A DNA stretch of 64,000 bases from Bryobacteraceae bacterium (GTDB lineage: Bacteria; Acidobacteriota; Terriglobia; Bryobacterales; Bryobacteraceae), in contig DATKKV010000013.1 of NCBI GenBank assembly GCA_035542735.1, forward strand, positions 18,175 through 82,174, written 5' to 3'. A program made the position numbers and the translations under genes. Position 1 is the stretch's first letter. Each line of letters begins with the position of its first letter. The notes below the pieces were generated by a model, which saw only the letters and a program-made list of their open reading frames with translations, did no database searches and was not told the DNA's origin. Positions 30,443 through 39,989 of this stretch are shown here, one piece after another.

Positions 30443-31582
30443 ATGCTAATTCTCGCCGCGATCCTTTCGATCCTCGTTTACGGCGTCATTGCCGCCATGC
30501 TCGGAACCGTCATGCCGAGCTTCACCGCGTCGTTCCATCTGTCCGGAGAACAAGATGGCAACATTGCTCTGGCCCAGGCCCTCGGGCTCGTCGTCGCCTC
30601 CTTGGCGGTCGGCCCGCTCATCGATACGCGCGGCAAGAAAACAGCTCTCATTGGCGGCCTTACCCTGATTACGCTCTCCCTCGCGGCGCTTCCCAGCGCA
30701 ACAGGCTACGGCTCGCTGATGGCGATTTATTTCGTCCTTGGCCTCGGCGGAGGCATCATTGTGACCGGGGCCAACGCGCTGGCGAGCGATGTCGATGAAA
30801 CGCGCCGCGCTTCTACGCTGAACTTCCTGAATCTCTTTTTCGGACTCGGAGGATTGCTGACGCCCTTCCTCGCGGCCAACCTGTTGAATGGCGATTCCGC
30901 CAAGCTCTGCTATCTCGGCGCGGGCCTGGGCGTGGTAGCGTTGCTCGCCAACATCGTTGCCAAGATCCCTCCCCCCACCGGGGAGCGCGGCTTCAAAATG
31001 TCCGAAGTCGGAGACATCGTCGGCCGGCCTGTGCTGTACCTGCTCGCGCTCTTTTTGTTCCTCTATGTCGCCTGCGAGGTCGGCGTGTGGAATTGGCTCG
31101 CCAGCTATCTCATCAGCCGCAATATCGACAAGGCGAAGGCCCTGAATATTCTCTCGCTGGGCTTCGCGCTCGGCCTGCTGCTGGGGCGCGTGGTTGTCTC
31201 GCGAATTCTAATTAGGGTTTCCTCGGTGACGGTGACGCTGGCCGCCGCGATCCTGATGGCCGCCACCACCTATCTGATGCTTCAGTCGAGCGACTCCACC
31301 GTAGCCTGGATCGCCGTCTTCTGCGCGGGGTTGGCCATGGCGCCTGTCTTCCCCACCACGCTCGCCATGGTCGCTGACGCCTTCCCGCGCGGTACCGCGA
31401 CGGCCATGGGAATCGTGATCACCTGTGGATGGCTCGGTTTGGTGGTCAGTTCGCCGATCATCGGCGGAATCGCCGGCAAGGACAACGCGCATCTCGGTAC
31501 CGCGCTCCTGCTGCTGCCAGCGTTCTCCATCGCGATGGTGTTGGTGAACCTCGCCCTCCGCCCCATGCTCGCAAAGAAGTAG
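30443..31582 (+). CDS. MFS transporter
   Basis: About 12 hydrophobic segments, with a D..GKK-type loop (IDTRGKKTAL) between TM2 and TM3. Confidence 0.8.
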   Translation: MLILAAILSILVYGVIAAMLGTVMPSFTASFHLSGEQDGNIALAQALGLVVASLAVGPLIDTRGKKTALIGGLTLITLSLAALPSATGYGSLMAIYFVLGLGGGIIVTGANALASDVDETRRASTLNFLNLFFGLGGLLTPFLAANLLNGDSAKLCYLGAGLGVVALLANIVAKIPPPTGERGFKMSEVGDIVGRPVLYLLALFLFLYVACEVGVWNWLASYLISRNIDKAKALNILSLGFALGLLLGRVVVSRILIRVSSVTVTLAAAILMAATTYLMLQSSDSTVAWIAVFCAGLAMAPVFPTTLAMVADAFPRGTATAMGIVITCGWLGLVVSSPIIGGIAGKDNAHLGTALLLLPAFSIAMVLVNLALRPMLAKK

Positions 31583-32770
31583 TTACCGGTAACCGTACCG
31601 CGCCGGAACCACGGCGAACCGCTCGATGAAACGGGCTTTTTTCTCTTCCGCCTTCGGGGCGCCCAGTTTCTCGATGAAATGGTGGATGCTCGGCGCCAGC
31701 TTCGCAGATGCTTCCGCCTTGCGCGTCGCCCGCGATACATCGGCGTACTCGCACGGGAACGTGGCGAACACCGGGAGCCCCACCGTAGCCTCGATCTCGT
31801 CCAGGGTTAGCTCCATCCGCTTCGTTGACCGGTTTAACAGCAGCCTCGCCTTATCTTCCCAATCCAGCCGGCGAAGGGCCATCGCCTTTAATCTCGCCAG
31901 GCGAAGAGAAGCCAGATCCGGCGTCGTTACCAGGAACACATAGTTTGCCTCACGCAGCACCGCCAGGCAGCGGTCGTCGAGCGTGTCGGAAACGTCCGCG
32001 GCCACCACTGTATAGGCCTTCCGTGCATAATCGAGCACCGGAGGAATATGGCTCGCCGAAATCCCTTCGCCGATCACCGGCGCGCCGGACAGCAACAGGT
32101 CGATGTTACCGGCCCTCTTGATCACCCTCTGCCAGGACTCTTCGTCCAGGTCCTTATTCCGCTCCGCCGCGTCGTTGACCGAGAATTCGTGCTCCGCGTT
32201 GAACATGAACCCGGCCAACCCGGAGGAGAGGTCGAAGTCGGCCATCATCACTTTCGCGCCAGGCGCTTGCGCGAACGCCCGGGCTGCATTCGCCGCGATC
32301 GTTGAGCAGCCCACGCCGCCCTTGGCGGGCACGAACGCGTACACCTTGCCCAGGGCTCCGAAGCTCGGCGGATGAACCGCAAGGTGCTCGTAAAGCCGTT
32401 TCAACATTGCCACGAAGGAATCCGGCTCGAACGGAGGAGCCATCAGCTCCGCCATCCGCAACTGCATGGCCAACCGGAACGTTTCGCGTCCCTCGTCCCG
32501 GCTCAGGCCGACCTTCTGGAGAGTAGCGAACTCCGAATCCATCTGTTTGGAGATCTGTTCAGCCGCCTCCGCGTCCTCCATACTGACAAACAGCACCTCC
32601 GGAGCCCACACCTTGACCAATTGGCGCAGCATATCCGGCGCTGGATAGTGATCCAGGGATTTCTTCAGGCGGAGCGGCGAGTTGCTGCCAACCAGCTTCT
32701 CAAAGTCTTGTCGAAGTTCATTATCCGGGCAAATCAGAATCGCTCTCATGGCAGAATTAGTCTCGCTCAT
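31583..32770 (-). CDS. TadZ/CpaE-like ParA/MinD-superfamily ATPase with an N-terminal receiver-like domain and a degenerate P-loop
   Basis: VYAFVPAKGGVGCSTIAANAARAFA (deviant Walker A in which Cys replaces the GK[ST] lysine). N-terminal MRAILICPDNEL...VLFVSMED is receiver-like. Start at 32770 or 32749. Confidence 0.7.
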   Translation of the reverse strand: MSETNSAMRAILICPDNELRQDFEKLVGSNSPLRLKKSLDHYPAPDMLRQLVKVWAPEVLFVSMEDAEAAEQISKQMDSEFATLQKVGLSRDEGRETFRLAMQLRMAELMAPPFEPDSFVAMLKRLYEHLAVHPPSFGALGKVYAFVPAKGGVGCSTIAANAARAFAQAPGAKVMMADFDLSSGLAGFMFNAEHEFSVNDAAERNKDLDEESWQRVIKRAGNIDLLLSGAPVIGEGISASHIPPVLDYARKAYTVVAADVSDTLDDRCLAVLREANYVFLVTTPDLASLRLARLKAMALRRLDWEDKARLLLNRSTKRMELTLDEIEATVGLPVFATFPCEYADVSRATRKAEASAKLAPSIHHFIEKLGAPKAEEKKARFIERFAVVPARYGYR

Positions 32771-33066
32771 GGAATGTGCCCGTGATATCCGCCGAAAGTA
32801 CAATTTCTAGTACCCGGAACGTACCAGGAGAGGCGCCGCATAGTACTGGCAGGCACTCGGAAGCTACTTCGCCCGCCGATCCGAAATCGGCGCAACCGGC
32901 TTCAACTTCTTCCACTTATCGATAAATGCCACCGCTGCGTTCACAAAAGACTCCGTAGCCGACATTTCCCTGGTTTGACGTGTGCTTCCCCGTCTCCTTC
33001 GGCTTCAATGCCTCAGCCAGAAACACCGCCGTCGTCGAAAGGACATGGCGGCAATTCGAACGCACC

Positions 33067-33936
33067 TCACCGGCTGCCGCCTGCCACCGCTCCCACGGAG
33101 ATGTTAAACCCGAACGAATACGCGTGCGCGCCCCCGCTGATCACCACGCCTCCGTACATCGGACCCCAGCCGATGCCGGCCAAGATGCTCTTTAGCGGCT
33201 GATTGCCGATTCTCGGTCCTGCCAGCAGATGGGGCCAGCTTCCGAATCCCATCGCGCTCTTGATGTCCACGGGGCGAGAATACAGGTCGGCCACCGCGAA
33301 CACGCCCTGCGCGCTCAGCTTGGTCACCGGAACCGCCGCGCTGAAGTCGATCCTCGACAGCCCTTCGTTATCGAACGTCGCGGCCGAACCTCCCGGAAAC
33401 TTCGGCGTGATCGTCACGTTCGACTGCAGGTAAGGAATGGAGACCAGCTCCGCGTTCCACACGTTCCTCGCCTCGCCCACCGCCGGCAGAGTGACGCCGA
33501 ACAGGTCCGCCGCCGTCTGCGCATCGGCGCCATACGCGGGCGCCTTCTTGGCCGTCTGAATGGTATACGCTGTGTCCGCGCCGGATCGCGTATTCAGCTG
33601 AAGGTACAAGAACCACACCTGTTTGCGGCCATAGATCCGCTTCGTGCTCAGGTATTGCGCGTCGCTCCACGTGCCCGCGTGATAGACATACCAGTTCTGC
33701 TGGAAGATCTCCCCGCCGTCGCTCCACCGCGCGACGTGGATCACGAAATACTGGTCGCGAGGCTCAATGCCGATGGTTTCGCGAATCAACTGCGCCGCGC
33801 CGTTCTTGTACACCGCCGCGTTGGCGATATCGACGCACTGATCCAGATGCGTGAGCCGCAGCGGACGAGGCGTATTCACCCAGGTCTCCGTGCTCGACTG
33901 CGCCAAAAGAGTAATAAACAGAATAGCCGCATTCAC
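33067..33936 (-). CDS. hypothetical secreted protein with a Gly-rich C-terminus
   Basis: Signal peptide MNAAILFITLLAQSS; C-terminal GIGWGPMYGGVVISGGAHAYSFGFNISVGAVAGG. No family recognised. Confidence 0.55.
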   Translation of the reverse strand: MNAAILFITLLAQSSTETWVNTPRPLRLTHLDQCVDIANAAVYKNGAAQLIRETIGIEPRDQYFVIHVARWSDGGEIFQQNWYVYHAGTWSDAQYLSTKRIYGRKQVWFLYLQLNTRSGADTAYTIQTAKKAPAYGADAQTAADLFGVTLPAVGEARNVWNAELVSIPYLQSNVTITPKFPGGSAATFDNEGLSRIDFSAAVPVTKLSAQGVFAVADLYSRPVDIKSAMGFGSWPHLLAGPRIGNQPLKSILAGIGWGPMYGGVVISGGAHAYSFGFNISVGAVAGGSR

Positions 33937-34074
33937 GCCTTGAGCATGATCCGCGGCTTAGCATGACCAGCCGAGTGAAACACCCAATCCCATGCTCCGC
34001 AATCACTTCCGAACCGAACCCCGGGTGTGAACGAGGGGATCTCACGCCCGAATGACCGCAGGATCGCCTCGCCA

Positions 34075-34130
34075 GGGAAACACGCGGGCCGTCCCGGTTT
34101 TCCCGGTTTTCCTCAGCTATCCCCCCCTAC
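34075..34130. repeat. left arm of an imperfect ~55-nt inverted repeat (itself hairpin-forming)
   Basis: GGGAAACACGCGGGCCGTCCCGGTTTTCCC, then a GGTTTTCC duplication, then CTCAGCTATCCCCCCCTAC. The reverse complement aligns with 34661..34713. Confidence 0.6.
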
Positions 34131-34267
34131 GGCTTCTTCATTGATTTGCCGCCGCGTTTAGATAACCCCTCTGGCGCACTTCCGCGAGGCAACTTGGGCC
34201 TCTTCGGGCGTGGTGTTCCCTCCATCTGCGCTTTTGTCAGTTGGCCCTCGGTTTTTTTCTTGTTCAT
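34127..34267 (-). CDS. possible very basic 46-aa peptide (MNKKKTEGQLTKAQMEGTPRPKRPKLPRGSAPEGLSKRGGKSMKKP)
   Basis: ORF only, inside the inverted-repeat-bracketed segment. The longer listed form (34127..34390) has an implausible N-terminus. Confidence 0.2.
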   Translation of the reverse strand: MNKKKTEGQLTKAQMEGTPRPKRPKLPRGSAPEGLSKRGGKSMKKP

Positions 34268-34343
34268 TCGCAGCAGGGTAGCACGACTCGGCGGGGAACT
34301 GGCGAAACGGACCTTCTCTCGAAACGCTTGGGAAAGCGCAACA

Positions 34344-34490
34344 ATGATAAGCGTGAACCACGACCACGACACCGAGTTAAGAAAGCTCATTATGCATCCC
34401 GACGCCTACAGCGAAGAGCAAATCAAGGAGCTTCGCAAGCATACAGTCTCAATGGGTAATCTGGGAGCGGATTGGCGCGACCGCGCATAG
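34344..34490 (+). CDS. possible 48-aa peptide (MISVNHDHDTELRKLIMHPDAYSEEQIKELRKHTVSMGNLGADWRDRA)
   Basis: ATG 34344 with GGGAAAG 7 nt upstream. ORF only. A 59-aa minus-strand ORF (34406..34585) overlaps it, so coding is unresolved. Confidence 0.25.
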   Translation: MISVNHDHDTELRKLIMHPDAYSEEQIKELRKHTVSMGNLGADWRDRA

Positions 34491-34660
34491 TTCAGAGCGG
34501 CGATTGAGACCGTAGCTGCCGTCAAGCAGTTCGACTTAGCGAGCGCGAGGTTGATCGAAACCACAAACAGGCTAACGCGGCGCATATTAATACTGACAAT
34601 TTTAGGGTCGCTTCTCGCAGGCGCATCACTTTACCTATCCTGGCTTACCCTCAGGAAATC

Positions 34661-34713
34661 ATAGGGGAAAAGGGCCGTTTATGAGGGAAACCGGGGGAGC
34701 CCTCGTGTTTCCC
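34661..34713. repeat. right arm of the imperfect ~55-nt inverted repeat
   Basis: ATAGGGGAAAAGGGCCGTTTATGAGGGAAACCGGGGGAGCCCTCGTGTTTCCC. The core GGGAAAC..GTTTCCC hairpin matches the reverse complement of 34075..34104 at about 25 of 30 positions. Confidence 0.6.
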
Positions 34714-34784
34714 ATTCATCGGCGGTAACCGTGACAGCACGCAAACACCGTCACCATCATAGCGGATAGCCCTCAACATTCGCC

Positions 34785-36287
34785 TCATCCGCTGACGACC
34801 CTCAGAATCGCCTCCCCAAACTTCTCCGCCTTCGCCTTCCCGATCCCCTTCACCTCCATCAACTCCTCCACCGTGGCAGGAGCCCGCTCCGCAATCGCCT
34901 CGATGGTGGCATCGTGCAGAATCACGAACGCGGGCACCGACAGTTCTTTGGCCTTCTCCGTGCGCCACTTTTTCAACCGGCCGCGCAGGTCGTTCTCTGA
35001 TGCGCACTTTGGCGCGGCCTTCTTGCGAACCTCGGCCGCTGCCAACTTCGATCCCGCCGCCGCCTTCGCGGGCTTCCGTAGCCAATCCGGCGTGGCCCCG
35101 CACACATCGCAGGCGCCGCAGGAGGCCCACGACGGTGTTTCGCCGAAATGCAGGCAGATCTGGCGATGCCGGCACTCCTCGCCCTCGACGAACTTGCGCA
35201 TCGCGTGATACCGCTTCCAGGCCCTCTGCTTTTCGTCTTCGTCCTGCAGTTGTTGGATGAAATGCACCAGCAGGCCCGCGTCGCGCTTCTGCCACAGCAG
35301 GATGCAATCCGCGGGCAATCCGTCGCGGCCCGCGCGGCCCGCCTCCTGGTAATACTGCTCCACCGATTTCGGCAGAGCCAAATGAATCACCGCGCGCACA
35401 TCCGGCTTATTGATCCCGAGCCCGAAGGCCAGCGTCCCCACAAGTACCCGTTTCTCGCCCGTCATCCAGATTTCCTGATTCCTGCTGCGCTTGGCCGTAT
35501 CCATCTGCCCGTGATACGCCACCGCCGGAAAACCCTTACTCCGCAGCAGCGCTGCGGTCTCCTCCACCGCGCTGATCGTTGGCGCGTAGACGATGAGGTT
35601 GCCTTCGGTGTAATGCCGCAGCGCGGCTTCCAGGCGCCGGTCCTGCTCCCTGGCCGCGCATTCGTGGACGATGTAGCGCAGATTGGGCCGGTGAAAACTC
35701 ATGGTGATCTTCGCCGGATCGCGCAGCTTCAATTGCGCCACGATATCGTGCCGGACCGCACGCGTCGCGCTGGCGGTGAACGCGGCAATGGGAATCTTCG
35801 GGAACCACTCGCGCAAGGCCCTCAATTTGCGATACTCCGGACGGAATTCGTGACCCCATTCGGAAATGCAATGCGCCTCGTCGATGGCGAAAAACCCAAG
35901 CGGAATCTTCATCAGCCAGGCGAGCACGTCGTCGCGCACCAATCTTTCGGGAGAAACGTAGAGGAGCCGCAGTTCGCCACGCTCGGCGCGACGCATGATC
36001 GCGCGCTGCTCCTCGTACGCGATAGAACTGTTCAGCACCGCCGCCGGAATGCCCGCTGTTTCCAGATGCGCTGCCTGATCCTGCATCAAGGCGATCAACG
36101 GGCTCACCACCACCGACACGCGATCCATGGCCGCGGCAGGCAGTTGATAGCACAGCGATTTGCCGCCTCCGGTGGGCATGATGGCGGCCACATCCCGGCC
36201 CTCCAGAATACTGCGGACGACACTTTCCTGCTTGGGACGGAACTGCGTGTAACCCCAATGCTTTTCGAGTAATTTCAGCAGGTCCAT
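34785..36287 (-). CDS. recQ: ATP-dependent DNA helicase RecQ (helicase, RQC zinc site and HRDC)
   Basis: Start trimmed to MDLLKLLEKHWGYTQFRPKQESVV...MPTGGGKSLCYQLPA. Also DEAH box (IDEAHCISEWGHEFRP), a Cys cluster CRHRQICLHFGE...CGACDVC, and a C-terminal HRDC. Confidence 0.95.
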   Translation of the reverse strand: MDLLKLLEKHWGYTQFRPKQESVVRSILEGRDVAAIMPTGGGKSLCYQLPAAAMDRVSVVVSPLIALMQDQAAHLETAGIPAAVLNSSIAYEEQRAIMRRAERGELRLLYVSPERLVRDDVLAWLMKIPLGFFAIDEAHCISEWGHEFRPEYRKLRALREWFPKIPIAAFTASATRAVRHDIVAQLKLRDPAKITMSFHRPNLRYIVHECAAREQDRRLEAALRHYTEGNLIVYAPTISAVEETAALLRSKGFPAVAYHGQMDTAKRSRNQEIWMTGEKRVLVGTLAFGLGINKPDVRAVIHLALPKSVEQYYQEAGRAGRDGLPADCILLWQKRDAGLLVHFIQQLQDEDEKQRAWKRYHAMRKFVEGEECRHRQICLHFGETPSWASCGACDVCGATPDWLRKPAKAAAGSKLAAAEVRKKAAPKCASENDLRGRLKKWRTEKAKELSVPAFVILHDATIEAIAERAPATVEELMEVKGIGKAKAEKFGEAILRVVSG

Positions 36288-36889
36288 CAACGCGTGGCGA
36301 GCCCCGCGCCGGCTCCGATCAACAAGCCCCCGGCGACGCGGTTCGTCCACTTAGCATATCGCGGCTGGAGGGCGATCTCCGACGCGCGGCCCGCGGCGAT
36401 GCCATAGCCGAGCAGAATCGTAAACTCAATCGCCACCGATGTCGCCGCCAGAATCATCACCTGCGGAATCACCGCCACGCGCGGATTCAAAAACTGCGGC
36501 AGCAAAGCGGTGAAAAAGAGAATCGCCTTGGGATTCGACATCTGCAGCGTGAATCCGTCCACAAATAAGTGCCGCGATTTCACTTCGCCGATCTTCGAAG
36601 GCGTCAATTCACGGCTGAAAATCGACCGTAGACCCAAGTAAATCAGGTACGCCGCGCCGATCCATTTCACCGCCAGAAACGCCTTCGACGACGCCAGCAG
36701 CGCGCCGACGCCCGTCGCCGAAAGTGCGAAATATACCGTATTTGCCGCCAGAATCCCCAGGTTTGAAGCGACGCTTTTCCGCGCCCCTGCCTTCAAGGCG
36801 CTCGACAATACGAACAGCACGGCCGGGCCCGGCGTTAGGCAGAGCACCGTTTCGGTGAGGACGAAGATCCACCAGGTGGTCCAGCTCAT
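36287..36889 (-). CDS. LysE/RhtB-family amino-acid exporter
   Basis: Start trimmed to MSWTTWWIFVLTETVLCLTPGPAVLFVLS, the LysE N-terminal motif. ATGA overlap with the glnD stop and TGATG junction with recQ. Confidence 0.85.
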   Translation of the reverse strand: MSWTTWWIFVLTETVLCLTPGPAVLFVLSSALKAGARKSVASNLGILAANTVYFALSATGVGALLASSKAFLAVKWIGAAYLIYLGLRSIFSRELTPSKIGEVKSRHLFVDGFTLQMSNPKAILFFTALLPQFLNPRVAVIPQVMILAATSVAIEFTILLGYGIAAGRASEIALQPRYAKWTNRVAGGLLIGAGAGLATR

Positions 36890-39219
36890 GATCCGGTACA
36901 AGCGGCGATGAGAGCGCTTTTCAGCCGATCCTCGGCTTCAGGGGCGATCTTGCTGACGTAAAACACGTCCAGTGCCTTATGAGCCTCAGTATCGATCAGC
37001 ACGACTTCGATATTACAGCCTTCCCTGGTCATGGCGTTCGCCAGATCGTAGAGCAGCCCCGGCCGGTCCTCGGCGACAATCTCAATCAGCGTGGACGTCC
37101 CCGACGCTTCGTTGTCGAACGCCACGCGCGGCTTCAACCGGGCGCGTGTCGGTACCAGGGGTTTGGGGCGCGCGCCCAGCAGCTTCGCCGCGTCCTGCTT
37201 GCCTTCCACAACCTTGCGCACAATGCCGCGCAGCCGGTCCACTTCCGGAGGATTCAACTCCAGCGTGCGATGCGGATCGGAGAACGCAAACGTATCCACT
37301 ACCACGCCTTGCGCGTTGGAAAATGCCTCGGCTTTCACGATGTTCAGGCCGAAGCTGGAGATAGCTCCGGCCACCGGCGCGAACAAGGCCGGCCGGTCCC
37401 GCGTCAGCAGTGTCAGGCGGTACGATCCCTTCTCGGGGACGATTTCGATGGCCACCGGACTCGACGCCAGGCGGCGCGCCAAGGCGAAATGGGCTTCGAT
37501 TTCAGCCGCCGTATGCGTGCGTAGATAGCGCGTCGGCAGGCCTTCTAGAAAGTGGGCGCGTTCCGGGTCGACGCCCGAAGCATCATGGATGCGGGCCGTG
37601 CCGAGTTCCCTGGTCAGCGCCTCATTCGCCAGTAGATACGTCTGCCAGAGCTGCTCCATCCGCCACGGCGTCATGGCCTGCGGATTCACCGCGCTGATGT
37701 CGGCGTAGGTAAGCATGGTGAGCATCTTCAACCGCTCAATGGTCCCGACCTGGGCGGCCAGCAACTGGCCCGTCGAGCCGTCGGACAGGTCGCGCGAGGT
37801 CATCACGCTCGAAAGCGCCAGGTGCTTGTCGATCAGAAATTCCACTGTCGCGCGGTCGGCCGCAGGAACTTCCAGGCTATCCAGGACGATCCGCGCGATG
37901 CGCACCGATTCGGCCACATGCTCATGCCCGGACCCCTTGCCGATATCGTGCAGCAGCATGGCGAAGCGCACCAGGTCCTTGTCCTGAATCTCTTCAAACA
38001 GGCCGGCGAAGCGTCCGTCTTGAATCGATTCAAGGGAATCGATGGCAACTAACGTATGCTCATCCACCGTGTAGCGATGATAAAAATCGCGCACCACGAG
38101 GCATTCAATGTTGCGCCACTCCGGCAGCGCGGCGGAGAGCGCGCCGCACTCCTGCATCGCCCGCAGTCCGCAGGAGGCATGCGGCAAAGCCAGCAGTTGC
38201 TTCCACTGCGGCCACCCGGCGGATGGTTGAAACCCTTCGAGACGATCCACCGTGTCCGGCGCCAGCTTCAACTGATGCCGCGCGGCAAACACGAACAGGC
38301 TCAAATCCGGAGGCAGCTGGTTCGCCTGGCGCAGCAGGACGCGGTCACGGACCACGCTGAACTCGGAGGTCGACAGACGCGACCGCCAATCGTGAAAGCG
38401 CCCCAGCAGGCTACCGGGCTGCTCCGCGGCACGTTCCACTGCGTAGCGGGCGGCGCGATCGATGAGGCGCGCATGGCGGTAGTATTCGCGCATCATCGAA
38501 GCGGGACGAGGACTCAAGGCCTCCTGGGCGTCAAAATTTAAAATGTTCTGGTCGCGCCCGGCCATCTCGTGAAGGCGAATCCGGATGCTGCTCAGGAAAT
38601 GGAACGCGCCGTCGAATCCGGCCGGAACGCCCGCTGGAACGTCGCGCGGATGCAGCATGGCCAGCCAGCGAACCACTTGCAGATCGCGCAAGCCGCCCGG
38701 CGTATCCTTAACGTTGGGCTCAAGGTGATAAATCGTGTTTTGATATTTCGCCCGGCGCGCCTTGGCCAATCCAGCCAGCTGCCGGGCGACGGATTCGCCG
38801 CGCTTTTTTAGAAACGCTTTGAATTTTTCGTCGAGTATATTACAAAGCGACGCGTCGCCGGCGAGCATCCTGCGGTCCAGCAGGCTGATGGTCAGCTCCG
38901 CGTTCTGCTCCTGCTCGACGACGCATTCGGCGACCGTATGGACGGAATGGCTTGGACGCAAGCCGGCATCCCAGAGGGTTTGCAGAAAAACCGCCAGCTT
39001 CTCGCGCATCTCCGCTGTTTTGGCCTCGTTGTCGATGAGGAGCAGAAGATCGACGTCGGAGCGAGGGAACAACTCCGCCCGCCCGAATCCACCCACGGCG
39101 AGAAGCGCCAAACCGGAGGGAAACTTACGTTCGAGCGTCGCCGAAAAAGCGCTGCGCACCTCCTTCCCCACCTGTGAGGAGCGCGAACGAAGCGCATCTG
39201 AAACTTCGTTAGGATTCAC
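36886..39219 (-). CDS. glnD: [protein-PII] uridylyltransferase/uridylyl-removing enzyme GlnD
   Basis: GTG 39219 overlaps the upstream stop (GTGA). NTase motif AVGGFGRAELFPRSDVDLLLL, HD domain (LLHDIGKG) and two C-terminal ACT-like domains. Confidence 0.9.
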   Translation of the reverse strand: MNPNEVSDALRSRSSQVGKEVRSAFSATLERKFPSGLALLAVGGFGRAELFPRSDVDLLLLIDNEAKTAEMREKLAVFLQTLWDAGLRPSHSVHTVAECVVEQEQNAELTISLLDRRMLAGDASLCNILDEKFKAFLKKRGESVARQLAGLAKARRAKYQNTIYHLEPNVKDTPGGLRDLQVVRWLAMLHPRDVPAGVPAGFDGAFHFLSSIRIRLHEMAGRDQNILNFDAQEALSPRPASMMREYYRHARLIDRAARYAVERAAEQPGSLLGRFHDWRSRLSTSEFSVVRDRVLLRQANQLPPDLSLFVFAARHQLKLAPDTVDRLEGFQPSAGWPQWKQLLALPHASCGLRAMQECGALSAALPEWRNIECLVVRDFYHRYTVDEHTLVAIDSLESIQDGRFAGLFEEIQDKDLVRFAMLLHDIGKGSGHEHVAESVRIARIVLDSLEVPAADRATVEFLIDKHLALSSVMTSRDLSDGSTGQLLAAQVGTIERLKMLTMLTYADISAVNPQAMTPWRMEQLWQTYLLANEALTRELGTARIHDASGVDPERAHFLEGLPTRYLRTHTAAEIEAHFALARRLASSPVAIEIVPEKGSYRLTLLTRDRPALFAPVAGAISSFGLNIVKAEAFSNAQGVVVDTFAFSDPHRTLELNPPEVDRLRGIVRKVVEGKQDAAKLLGARPKPLVPTRARLKPRVAFDNEASGTSTLIEIVAEDRPGLLYDLANAMTREGCNIEVVLIDTEAHKALDVFYVSKIAPEAEDRLKSALIAACTGS

Positions 39220-39647
39220 TGCTTTTCGATGCTCTCCGCGGCAGCCAGCGCGATGGCGACATCCTGCTCCCCGGAGCCACCCGAGACGCCGACTCCGCCC
39301 AGAACTTCGCCCTCCAGGCGGATCGGCACTCCGCCCTGAAACGCGCAAACCCCGGGGAGTGAAAGCGCGTGCTGCGCCAGTGCGGGCGGCAGCGTCTTCA
39401 CGAATTCGGCGGTCACATGTGTGGCGATGCGGTACTTCGCCGCGCCTTTGGCCTTCATAAGAGAGGCCTCCCAGGATCCGGGCGGGGCATTGTCGGCGGT
39501 TTCCGCCAACAAGACAACTCCGGCTCGATCCACCACCACGACGGAGACAAACGCGCGCAACTCCGATGCTTTTTGCAAGGCGCAGTCGCGAACTTGCCTT
39601 GCTCCCGCAAGCGTAAGGTTATGGCAAACCTTACGGATATCGCTCAT
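39216..39647 (-). CDS. GlcG/HbpS-family (DUF336) putative heme-binding protein
   Basis: VVVVDRAGVVLL...GGVPIRLEGEVLGGVGVSGGSGEQDVAIALAA is the family signature. Confidence 0.8.
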   Translation of the reverse strand: MSDIRKVCHNLTLAGARQVRDCALQKASELRAFVSVVVVDRAGVVLLAETADNAPPGSWEASLMKAKGAAKYRIATHVTAEFVKTLPPALAQHALSLPGVCAFQGGVPIRLEGEVLGGVGVSGGSGEQDVAIALAAAESIEKQ

Positions 39648-39982
39648 AACGCCGATTCGCCGCGCTCGTCGTTGCGGATGCGGATGGCCTCGGCAACGTC
39701 GTACACGAAAATCTTCCCATCGCCGATTTTCCCGGTGCGGGCCGAGGACACCAGCGTCTGGATTACTTCTTCGCAGCGGGCCGATGGAATTACCATCTCC
39801 AGCTTGATCTTCGGCAGCAGATCGACTTGATATTCCTGGCCGCGGTATATTTCCTTGTGGCCTTTCTGGCGGCCATGGCCGCGCACTTCGGTGACGGTCA
39901 TGCCGTCGATGCCGATGGCCTTGAGGGCTTCCTTTACGTCCTCGAGCTTGTGGGGTTGGATAACAGCTTCGATTTTCTTCAT
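39644..39982 (-). CDS. glnK: nitrogen regulatory protein P-II
   Basis: Start trimmed to MKKIEAVIQPHKLEDVKEALKAIGIDGMTVTEVRGHGRQKGHKEIYRGQEY (T-loop with Tyr). Lies directly downstream of amt. Confidence 0.95.
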   Translation of the reverse strand: MKKIEAVIQPHKLEDVKEALKAIGIDGMTVTEVRGHGRQKGHKEIYRGQEYQVDLLPKIKLEMVIPSARCEEVIQTLVSSARTGKIGDGKIFVYDVAEAIRIRNDERGESAL

Positions 39983-39989
39983 GTGAGCA

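Noticed and set aside
31576-31592. Perfect palindrome GTTACCGGTAAC at the convergent MFS/TadZ-like stop codons
   Set aside because: It is explained by the two abutting stop codons and the terminal RYGYR codons. There is no flanking structure or repetition to suggest a functional site.
35148-36272. 374-aa plus-strand ORF
   Set aside because: It is antisense to recQ, which has all the helicase motifs.
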